From Acidobacteriota bacterium (lineage in GTDB: Bacteria > Acidobacteriota > Terriglobia > Acidiferrales > UBA7541): a stretch of 43,197 nucleotides of DNA. Location of the stretch: assembly GCA_003131985.1 (NCBI GenBank), contig PKWH01000231.1, positions 1 through 43,197 of the forward strand, in the 5' to 3' direction. Positions 34,662 to 42,551 of the stretch are shown in pieces. A model generated the notes under the pieces. The model did no database searches. It was given only the letters and a program-made list of their open reading frames with translations, and was not told the origin of the DNA. Every line of letters starts with the position of its first letter. Position 1 is the stretch's first letter. Made by a program: the position numbers and the translations under genes.

Positions 34662-35522
34662 CTACAAACTGTAGCCCATTTGCTCGATCCGTCTTTTTGT
34701 CTCCGCATCCAACTCATTGATAAAGTTTCTGAATCGAGGAACTCTTTCTTTAACAGCTAAATAGCCATAAGGCTTGGTTCTCGGAGGGACCACCCGTAAA
34801 CGGCTCAAATCAAGATTAACCGACATGACTTCAGCGATCTTGGAAAACTCCTTTAATGGATTGATCGTGAAGTCCTCAAACCGCAACGTGAGCGTGGCGG
34901 TTTGGAGATAAATCTCAGTTTCCTCGACAAATTCCGGGAAAGACAAAAATCGTAAGCCCGGCGACGCCTTCCAAAAAGCATGGTCGCCATCGGCAAAGGC
35001 CTTGAATTCTGAGAAATTCTGCTCCAAACCGGCGCACAACTCGTCTGCGTTCTTGTAAACCTGGGAGATACTAAAAATTTTGCTTCCGTCGCGCCAGTTT
35101 TCTGCGGCTGATATAGTAATCCAATTTGTTAGCAATGAATCGAGAGGATGCCGATAGAGAAAAATCAAATCGGCAAATCCCGATTTGACCGCTTCCAATA
35201 TACGGCTGGTTACCGCCGGCAATGCTTGACCGCCGGAAACATACTTGATCGTGGCATGGCCGCTGTAGATCATGGATGTCGGACGTGCATGGAAGCGGAT
35301 CGTCTGTCTCAAATATCGTGTTCTTTCTCCAATATTCTGCAGCATCAGTTCGGTGACATATTGACGTCCGCTGCCGAAGAGGCCAATAACATAAGCTGTC
35401 CTGTCTTTCCCTGGATGGATTTTCCAATACCATTCCGTTTCCACCCATTTGTCGCGGAGGAACTGCAATTGTTCCCGAGGGGATTTTCGCGCGAATCTGA
35501 TGAGCTTAGGGAGTACCTGCAT
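34662..35522 (-). CDS. Sulfotransferase-fold protein (PAPS-type donor-binding motifs)
   Basis: A 5'-phosphosulfate-binding-loop-like YVIGLFGSGRQYVTELM and a 3'-phosphate-binding-like FLYRHPLDSLLTNW (compare R-D-P-x-D-x-x-x-S). Strong RBS aagaggag. Convergent with the nucleotidyltransferase gene. Confidence 0.65.
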   Translation of the reverse strand: MQVLPKLIRFARKSPREQLQFLRDKWVETEWYWKIHPGKDRTAYVIGLFGSGRQYVTELMLQNIGERTRYLRQTIRFHARPTSMIYSGHATIKYVSGGQALPAVTSRILEAVKSGFADLIFLYRHPLDSLLTNWITISAAENWRDGSKIFSISQVYKNADELCAGLEQNFSEFKAFADGDHAFWKASPGLRFLSFPEFVEETEIYLQTATLTLRFEDFTINPLKEFSKIAEVMSVNLDLSRLRVVPPRTKPYGYLAVKERVPRFRNFINELDAETKRRIEQMGYSL

Positions 35523-35578
35523 CCGGCTCCTCTTGCGGCGAGTTTATCGCTGTTTTAGTGCTTCGGTTCAATTGAAAA

Positions 35579-36463
35579 ATGGTACTTGTTTGGAAAGAAA
35601 TGAATAAAACAAAAAATAAAAGGATTCAAAAAGATCTGGACCGAATTGTAGCAGCGCTAGATGCAGGCGGCAAAATCTATCGGTCGAGATCGATGGGAAA
35701 TGTGCGTGTGCACAAGAAGGGAAGCGGTGACGCTGTCACGGACGTAGAGCTTCAAGTGAATCAACTGTTGTTTGAAATGCTGGTAGAAGCCGGAGATGGC
35801 TGGCTTTCCGAAGAAGACGTCGATAACGAGGATCGATTGCGATGTTCGCGGGTTTGGCTCGTCGATCCACTCGATGGAACAATAGAATATGTCGAGGGAA
35901 TACCAGAATGGTGCATTTCGATCGCCTTAATGGAAGGTGGCGAACTTATTGCCGGGGGAATATTGAATCCCCAGACCGATGAACTCATATACGGATCGCG
36001 CGAAATCGGGGTCGTCTGCCGTAATGGGCAGGCTCATAGTGCTGAAATGAAAATTCCGCCGCGCGAAGCGCTCGTGCTTGCGAGCCGCAGTGAAGTAAAG
36101 CGCGGAGAATGGAAGCGATTCAGCCAAGGTCCGTTTCAGACCCTAGCCGTGGGATCGGTAGCTTACAAACTAGCCTTGGTTGCGGCTGGCAAAGCCGATG
36201 CCACTTGGACGCTGGTGCCAAAGAGCGAGTGGGATGTTGCAGCCGGAGTCGCACTCTTGCAGTTCGCGCAAGGACATTTGCTAACGACGGAAGGCTTCCC
36301 ACCTACTTTTAATCGAAGAAACACTCGTTTCCCAGGTTTAGTTGGATTTTCTGCGGCGGGACTCGATCGACTGCGCCCTTTCCTCAAGTCCGTATTGGAA
36401 GCCGATGAGTTTCGTGATTGCCTTGCGTGGGCCCGCCCGTTGGCAGCCCTGGACCAGAAATAA
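35579..36463 (+). CDS. Inositol-monophosphatase/CysQ-superfamily phosphatase (candidate 3'(2'),5'-bisphosphate nucleotidase)
   Basis: Metal and substrate motifs LSEED, WLVDPLDGTIEYVEG.PEWCISIAL and WDVAAG. The CysQ-versus-SuhB subfamily cannot be decided by eye. An alternative start is at ATG 35600. Confidence 0.75.
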   Translation: MVLVWKEMNKTKNKRIQKDLDRIVAALDAGGKIYRSRSMGNVRVHKKGSGDAVTDVELQVNQLLFEMLVEAGDGWLSEEDVDNEDRLRCSRVWLVDPLDGTIEYVEGIPEWCISIALMEGGELIAGGILNPQTDELIYGSREIGVVCRNGQAHSAEMKIPPREALVLASRSEVKRGEWKRFSQGPFQTLAVGSVAYKLALVAAGKADATWTLVPKSEWDVAAGVALLQFAQGHLLTTEGFPPTFNRRNTRFPGLVGFSAAGLDRLRPFLKSVLEADEFRDCLAWARPLAALDQK

Positions 36464-36560
36464 AACGGAGAAGGATGAAGTCGCGGTAAATAGTTTAAGT
36501 AATAATTCTTCAAGGCCGGATATACCCCGTTTCTTTGGTGCTATGATTGGAAAGCTCTTT

Positions 36561-36581
36561 GCAGGCGTCGGCCTGCTTTTT
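36561..36581 (+). terminator. Rho-independent terminator
   Basis: gcaggc-gtcg-gcctgc forms a perfect 6-bp GC-rich stem with a 4-nt loop, followed by ttttt. It lies about 100 nt after the phosphatase stop and about 30 nt before leader copy B. Confidence 0.6.
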
Positions 36582-36609
36582 GACATACGCGACGCATGAG
36601 AATCTGGTT

Positions 36610-36844
36610 CTATGTCCTTTATTAGGTTTAGTTTGGGTGTGGGAAAACGAGTGGCATTCTGGGATAGCAATATTCATAAAGATATTCGGCCACCGTCCCA
36701 TTGGCTGCCAGCGCCCTCGGCCGTTACAAATTAAGGTATTCATTGTCATATACTTACGAGGATGAGGGCAAAGGTTCGTCATGGCATCCATCGTGCAATC
36801 CGGTAGGTGAGAGGTCAATTGTGACTCTCATGGCGGTAGCACAA
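36610..36844 (+). promoter_or_regulatory. Conserved ~235-nt leader element, copy B, ending in a hairpin plus an ops-like GGCGGTAGC
   Basis: Direct repeat of 10867..11102. Hairpin gagaggtca-attg-tgactctc is at 36809..36829 and GGCGGTAGCA at 36832..36841, 90 nt upstream of the DegT ATG. It starts just after a terminator, so it probably contains a promoter as well. Confidence 0.5.
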
Positions 36845-36930
36845 GATTTCGTTCAGAAGCGGCATTCGGCGACTGCAGCTCTAATCCCTTCAGCGCGCAC
36901 GACTAAACCATCACGGAGCAAAACCAGATT

Positions 36931-38169
36931 ATGTCAAACAACGAAAAAATCCCATTCTTGGACTTGGTGAGCCTGCACGAGGAGCTGGAAGCCGAGCTGG
37001 TTCCTGTTTTTCAAAAGGTGCTGCGCACGGCGTCCTTTGTCGGCGGGCCGATGGTGGAGGATTTCGAGCGCGAATTTGCCGCCTTTTGCGATGCGAAATA
37101 CTGCGTCGGGCTTGCTAGCGGCACAGACGCGGTGCGATTTGCGCTGATGGCCGCGGGAGTACAGCCCGGGGATGTGGTCATCACTGTTGCCCACACATTC
37201 ATCGCCACCACCGAGGGAATCAGCCAGGCGGGCGCGCGTCCGGACTTCGTGGATATCGATGAACGCACATACTGCATGGACCCCGTAAAGCTGAAGGAAT
37301 ATATCGAGCGGGAATGCTATGTGGATCGCGAAACCGGAACGCCATACCACCGAAAGCTTAGAGCGCCAGTGACGGCGATTGTGCCAGTGCACATCTACGG
37401 CCAGATGGCGGACATGGATCCGATCATGGAATTAGCGCGTCGCTACAACTTGATTGTTGTAGAGGACGCCTGCCAAGCCCACGGCGCCGAGTATTTTTCG
37501 AAGAAAGAGAATCGCTGGATGAAAGCCGGGTCCATGGGACATGCCGGAGCGTTTAGCTTCTATCCGGGGAAAAATCTGGGTGCCTGTGGCGAAGCCGGCG
37601 CCGCCACCACCAATAGTGAAGACATTGCGCGAAAAATGCGCATGTTGCGCGATCATGGCCAGTCGAAGAAGTACTATCACGATATCGAGGGATACAACGG
37701 CCGTTTGGATTCGCTTCAGGCCGGAATTCTAAGCGTCAAGCTCCGGCACCTGGCTGATTGGAATCGCAAACGTCAGGAAGTTGCGGGGCGCTATCACGAG
37801 TTGTTTTCCGATGCCAAGGGCGTCACTCTGCCGCACGAGCCTGAATCATCCCGCGCCGTGTACCACTTATATGTAGTTCGGGTCCGAGACCGAGAAGGAC
37901 TGCAGAAACATCTTGGCGAAGCCAAAATCGATACCGGCATTCACTACCCTGTTCCGTTGCACATGCAGAAGGCGTATGCGAATTACGGTTATAAATTCGG
38001 CGACTTTCCGGTTACCGAGAGAATCGCCGCGGAAATTGTCTCTCTTCCGATGTTTCCGCAATTGACTGAAAAGCAACAGCGTGGTGTTGTAGAAAACGTA
38101 AAAGAATTTGCATCAAAGGAAATCGGGAAGCGGGATGCGGTGCGTGAGCCGCAGACCTCTTCCGTCTAA
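36931..38169 (+). CDS. DegT/DnrJ/EryC1/StrS-family PLP-dependent sugar aminotransferase
   Basis: IPFLDL...FE.EFA.F...KYCVGLASGTDAVRFAL, VPVHIYGQMADMD, and the PLP-lysine region AFSFYPGKNLGACGEAG. Confidence 0.9.
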   Translation: MSNNEKIPFLDLVSLHEELEAELVPVFQKVLRTASFVGGPMVEDFEREFAAFCDAKYCVGLASGTDAVRFALMAAGVQPGDVVITVAHTFIATTEGISQAGARPDFVDIDERTYCMDPVKLKEYIERECYVDRETGTPYHRKLRAPVTAIVPVHIYGQMADMDPIMELARRYNLIVVEDACQAHGAEYFSKKENRWMKAGSMGHAGAFSFYPGKNLGACGEAGAATTNSEDIARKMRMLRDHGQSKKYYHDIEGYNGRLDSLQAGILSVKLRHLADWNRKRQEVAGRYHELFSDAKGVTLPHEPESSRAVYHLYVVRVRDREGLQKHLGEAKIDTGIHYPVPLHMQKAYANYGYKFGDFPVTERIAAEIVSLPMFPQLTEKQQRGVVENVKEFASKEIGKRDAVREPQTSSV

Positions 38170-38260
38170 TCGTCGGATGTTCTGTGCGCTTTCGCAATTT
38201 CAATCGTCGCATCACAGAGCATTCCCTACCATGCAGTATCCGCTGATACAGCTGTGAATC

Positions 38261-39451
38261 ATGGCTAGACCCCTTTTCGCATTATCGGTGGAAGCCGATA
38301 CCCTGACGCAGATTGCTTCTCTGAACCAATCTGTTGTGGCGGGGCTCGTTTCCATGTTCGATCCCGAGCGAAAACTCTTCTGCCACCGGCTGCGGCTGGG
38401 CGAAAGTGGATTAGTTCGAGAGGGAATTTCTCATCGCTACACCATGATCGCGCTGTTGGGTCTCCAACGATTGCGATCCACCGGAGTCTCGATTCCGCTG
38501 GATCTTCCATCGATTTTGCAGGTTCTGATTCAGGACACCCGCTGGCTTGAAAATGTCGGCGACCTCGGTTTGCTTGTGTGGCTTTGTGCCTTGGTGTCTC
38601 CCGAGCGCCTAGCCGAAATTGATTCCCAATTCGATTTGAAACATGCTCTGGCTCACTTCCACGAGACTCGCCGGGGAAGAACGATGGAGCTGTCCTGGTT
38701 TCTCTCGGGCCTCGCCCACCAGAAGCTAGCGTGCCCGGACCTGCTTCCGCACCTGCGCGATACCGCCATGGAGACGTATCAGCTTCTGAGGAAGAATCAG
38801 GGCGAGCACGGAGTGTTCAGCCACCTCGCGGAAAACGGAGGCTTGACCGGGCTGATGCGCGGACGCATGGGAAGTTTTGCGGATCAAGTTTATCCCATCT
38901 ATGCGTTGGCCAAATTTTCTAGAGCGTATCAAGTGCCGAAGGCTGCCGAGCGTGCGCTGGACGCCGCGTTGACGCTGTGCGAATTGCAGGGTCCTCATGG
39001 TCAGTGGTGGTGGCACTACGACGCGGCCACTGGGAAGGTATTGGGTCAGTATCCTGTTTACTCTGTGCACCAATATGGCATTGCGCCCATGGCCCTTCTA
39101 GCGTTGGGAGAAGAGACTCAATCAGATTTTACTCCCTGGATTTATAAGGGACTACGATGGATTCACGGGGACAACGAGCTTGAACAGGATATGCGAGATA
39201 GTTCGGCAAACGTAATTTGGAGATATATTTATCGCAACGATTACAAAAAACATTGGGATGTCGCTCTCGCGGTGCTAATGGCGCGCGGAGATGCCCAACC
39301 TCACAAGGAACTTGCGGTCCTGCACGAGTGCCGTCCATACGAACTCGGCTGGCTGCTCTATGCTTTCGCCGGGCACCGAATGGGACAGCAAGGTCTGCCC
39401 GGCACGGCTCCTATAATAGCGACGCGATTGACCGAACGCATTCAACAATGA
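38261..39451 (+). CDS. Conserved hypothetical protein (helix-rich, possibly alpha/alpha-toroid-like)
   Basis: 396-aa ORF in an operon-like position between the DegT and deacetylase genes. It has periodic aromatic/Leu-rich helical segments (ELSWFLSGLAH, VYPIYALAKFSRAY, GQWWWHYD..YPVYSVHQYGIAPMALLALGE). No catalytic motif was recognised. Confidence 0.4.
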   Translation: MARPLFALSVEADTLTQIASLNQSVVAGLVSMFDPERKLFCHRLRLGESGLVREGISHRYTMIALLGLQRLRSTGVSIPLDLPSILQVLIQDTRWLENVGDLGLLVWLCALVSPERLAEIDSQFDLKHALAHFHETRRGRTMELSWFLSGLAHQKLACPDLLPHLRDTAMETYQLLRKNQGEHGVFSHLAENGGLTGLMRGRMGSFADQVYPIYALAKFSRAYQVPKAAERALDAALTLCELQGPHGQWWWHYDAATGKVLGQYPVYSVHQYGIAPMALLALGEETQSDFTPWIYKGLRWIHGDNELEQDMRDSSANVIWRYIYRNDYKKHWDVALAVLMARGDAQPHKELAVLHECRPYELGWLLYAFAGHRMGQQGLPGTAPIIATRLTERIQQ

Positions 39452-39486
39452 CATCGCCGCGATCTAAAATCTGATTCGTACCGGAA

Positions 39487-40410
39487 ATGGATAAATCTAA
39501 GACAGCTTCGCGTAGTGAGGCGGCGACCAAGCCGGGATTCCGCTTGGATCGCGCCGTCACTCTTGGATTGATTCGTCCCGCAAGGGAAGCATTTTCTCGA
39601 CAGGCTCAAAATCGAATTCCAATATTGATGTACCACAGCATCCAGGACGGGGCGAGTGACAGGCGTCCGTATTTCGACATCAACACATCTCCAGGTCGAT
39701 TCGCTCAACAGATGAAGTTCCTGCGCGAGCAGGGATACCGAGCGGTGCATTTGGAAGAGGCTTGGAAGTTACTTGCAGCGGATCACTGGGATTCCCGCTA
39801 CGTGGTCATCACTTTCGATGATGGTTATCGCGACTTTCTGACGGCCGCCTACCCAATCATGGCGGAATTCGGTCACACAGCGGCGCTATTCGTTCCGTCC
39901 GGCTTGATTCAGGATGAACGCGCGCATTTTCAGCAAAGGGAGTGCCTGACTTGGGACGAGATTCGAGAGCTTCATACGAATGGCATTGAGATTGGATCGC
40001 ATTCCGTTACGCACCGTGAGTTGAAATTCTTGCGAACGTCAGAGTTGGAGGCAGAGGTGTCGGACTCGAAGCAGACTATCGAGGATAAGATCGGCCACTC
40101 CATAAGATCGTTCTCCTATCCCTACGCGTTCCCGGAGTCCGAGGCCGTATTTTCCCAAACTCTTCGAGAACTGCTTGAGAAGCACGGTTATAAGAACGGA
40201 GTCACCACAATTATTGGGAGCTCCGGCCGTGAGTCAGATAGATTTCTTCTTCCCAGGCTGCCCGTGAATTCCTGGGACGACATTCCGCTGTTTCGCGCGA
40301 AACTAGAAGGCCACTACGATTGGCTGCACGCCGCGCAATACCTGGCAAAAAAGGTCCGGCGTTCCGCACGGCCGCGACAAACGCCCGCTGCCATCGAAAC
40401 CTCCTCATGA
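39487..40410 (+). CDS. Polysaccharide deacetylase (NodB homology domain)
   Basis: VVITFDDGYRDF (the D-D metal/catalytic motif), LTWDEIRELHTNGIEIGSHSVTH (H-x-x-x-H region) and SFSYPY. Confidence 0.85.
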   Translation: MDKSKTASRSEAATKPGFRLDRAVTLGLIRPAREAFSRQAQNRIPILMYHSIQDGASDRRPYFDINTSPGRFAQQMKFLREQGYRAVHLEEAWKLLAADHWDSRYVVITFDDGYRDFLTAAYPIMAEFGHTAALFVPSGLIQDERAHFQQRECLTWDEIRELHTNGIEIGSHSVTHRELKFLRTSELEAEVSDSKQTIEDKIGHSIRSFSYPYAFPESEAVFSQTLRELLEKHGYKNGVTTIIGSSGRESDRFLLPRLPVNSWDDIPLFRAKLEGHYDWLHAAQYLAKKVRRSARPRQTPAAIETSS

Positions 40411-40553
40411 TGGATGTGCATGGAAGCGAGGTTTGTTTTTTGCGGAACCCGACGCTTATTGCAACTTAACGCGAATTTAAAACGGCTTAAGATTTCTTAT
40501 TTAGAAGTTAGGCGACCAACCGCATTATTCCAATAGAGGTGATCTGAGATTGT

Positions 40554-42506
40554 ATGTGCGGTATCTGCGGCAAATTCGAATTTGACCTTCAGGCGAGTGT
40601 CTCGCCGGCGCTCGTAAAGGCGATGGCCGACGCGATTTCGCATCGAGGTCCAGATGATGAGGGGTATTACGTCTCTGGCCCGATCGGCTTGGGCTTTCGC
40701 CGCCTTTCTATCATCGATCTAAACACGGGTCACCAACCCATCTCAAACGAAGATGGCAGCGTCTGGATCGTCTTTAACGGCGAGATCTACAACTACCAGG
40801 AATTGCGCGAGCACTTATTGTCTCGGGGACATGTCTTCAAGACGCGAACTGATACGGAGGTAATCGTTCATCTCTATGAAGAGTTCGGCGAGGGTTGCGT
40901 CGAGAAGCTGCGGGGAATGTTCGCCTTCGCCATTTGGGATAATCGCAACAAGCTGCTCTTTATCGCGCGGGATCGTCTGGGGATCAAACCGCTTTACTAT
41001 GCGTCGTCCTCCAAATCGTTAGTCTTCGCGTCCGAGATGAAGGCGATTTTGGCGGATCCCGAAGTTCGCCGAGAAGTCGAACCTGCCACAATCGACCGGT
41101 TTCTCTCTTTTAACTACACTCCAGGAGAGGAAACTTTCTTCAAGAATATCCGCAAGCTTCAGCCCGGCCACTACATCGTAGTACGTCAAGGCGAATTGCA
41201 CATTCGCCAGTATTGGGATCTGCATTTCTCGACCGAGCCAGAGCATCCGAATCAGAAGCAAGCTGAAGAACAACTGGTGAATTTACTCGAAGAGTCAGTC
41301 CGGCTGCACATGATCAGCGACGTTCCGGTCGGTTTCTTACTGAGCGGCGGTTTGGATTCAACCGCGATGCTGTCTCTGGCAGCCGGTAAGAGCGACCAAC
41401 CGATTAGCAGTTATACGATTGGTTTTTCCGAACCAGGGATTGAAGACGAAAGACCCTACGCTCGTCTGGCAGCAAGCCGATACGGCGTGAAGCACTATGA
41501 GATGACGATCACGTCGAAAGATTTCGTGGATTTTCTGCCCCAGTATGTCTGGCACATGGAAGAGGGAGTTTGCGAGCCGCCTGCGGTCGCGCTCTATTAC
41601 ATCTCAAAATTGGCGAAAGAACATGTGAAGGTTTTGATTTCCGGAGAAGGCGGGGACGAGGCTTTCGCGGGGTACCCAAACTACAGAAATCTTCTTTGGC
41701 TGGAGCGCCTGAAATCCGCTGCGGGCCCGTTGAAAAGCGTTTTTTCAGGGGTCCTTGGCGCTTTTAATTCTGTCGCGCGGTCAAAGAAAATTGCGAAATA
41801 CCTGCCGCTGCTTGATATGCCATTAAGTTCGTATTACTACAGCCGAACGGCGAGCCCGTTTAGTTTTTTCAATCTGCCCACCAATCCCGTGTATTCATCG
41901 GCTTTCGCCAGTGTTGTGGACAAGAGAAAGTCCGTGTCTGTCGTGCAGAAGTATCTCCAAGGCGACCTGAACAATCTAAACAAGATGTTATATGTGGACA
42001 CGAAAACCTGGCTACCTGACGATTTGCTTATAAAAGCCGATAAGATCACGATGGCTAATTCCATCGAATTGCGTGTTCCGTTTCTCGATCATAAGGTAAT
42101 GGAATTCGCAGCTTCGCTTCCCACCAACTTCAAGGTCCACGGTTTCACTACGAAATATCTGGCAAAGAAAGCTCTGAGCCACAGGGTTCCGCAAGAGATT
42201 ATTAATCGAAAGAAGACCGGATTCCCGGTCCCGTACGAATCCTGGCTCCGGACGGATTTAAACTCATGGCTTCGGGATCTGCTGTTCTCGCAGCGCGCGA
42301 TGGAAAGGGGCTACTTCGATCGGCGCGGCGTTGAGAATTTGTTTTCGAAGAATTCGGAAACCGGCGCTTACTCAAAGGAAATCTTTTGTCTCGCAGTTCT
42401 AGAATTGTGGCATCGCATCTTCTCCGACGGAGGCAATGTGCCCGTCTCTCATGAAGGCGGCAGACTGAGTGACAACGAAAGGTATTCTTGTCCCGTTGCA
42501 GAATAA
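40554..42506 (+). CDS. Asparagine synthase (glutamine-hydrolysing) family amidotransferase, of the type associated with exosortase loci
   Basis: The N-terminal nucleophile MCGICG and RGPDDEG..GLGFRRLSIIDL..GHQP. The synthetase domain carries the SGGLDS PP-loop (FLLSGGLDSTAM). Confidence 0.9.
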   Translation: MCGICGKFEFDLQASVSPALVKAMADAISHRGPDDEGYYVSGPIGLGFRRLSIIDLNTGHQPISNEDGSVWIVFNGEIYNYQELREHLLSRGHVFKTRTDTEVIVHLYEEFGEGCVEKLRGMFAFAIWDNRNKLLFIARDRLGIKPLYYASSSKSLVFASEMKAILADPEVRREVEPATIDRFLSFNYTPGEETFFKNIRKLQPGHYIVVRQGELHIRQYWDLHFSTEPEHPNQKQAEEQLVNLLEESVRLHMISDVPVGFLLSGGLDSTAMLSLAAGKSDQPISSYTIGFSEPGIEDERPYARLAASRYGVKHYEMTITSKDFVDFLPQYVWHMEEGVCEPPAVALYYISKLAKEHVKVLISGEGGDEAFAGYPNYRNLLWLERLKSAAGPLKSVFSGVLGAFNSVARSKKIAKYLPLLDMPLSSYYYSRTASPFSFFNLPTNPVYSSAFASVVDKRKSVSVVQKYLQGDLNNLNKMLYVDTKTWLPDDLLIKADKITMANSIELRVPFLDHKVMEFAASLPTNFKVHGFTTKYLAKKALSHRVPQEIINRKKTGFPVPYESWLRTDLNSWLRDLLFSQRAMERGYFDRRGVENLFSKNSETGAYSKEIFCLAVLELWHRIFSDGGNVPVSHEGGRLSDNERYSCPVAE

Positions 42507-42551
42507 ACTTGCTCGGGCAGGGATTGACGATGTCTGGCCCAGTTCAAAGAA

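Noticed and set aside
36652-36669. A sigma-54-like TGGCAT...AGCA inside leader copy B, with TGGAAC...AGCA at about 10909..10926 in copy A.
   Set aside because: The GG and GC dinucleotides are separated by 12 nt instead of the strictly required 10.
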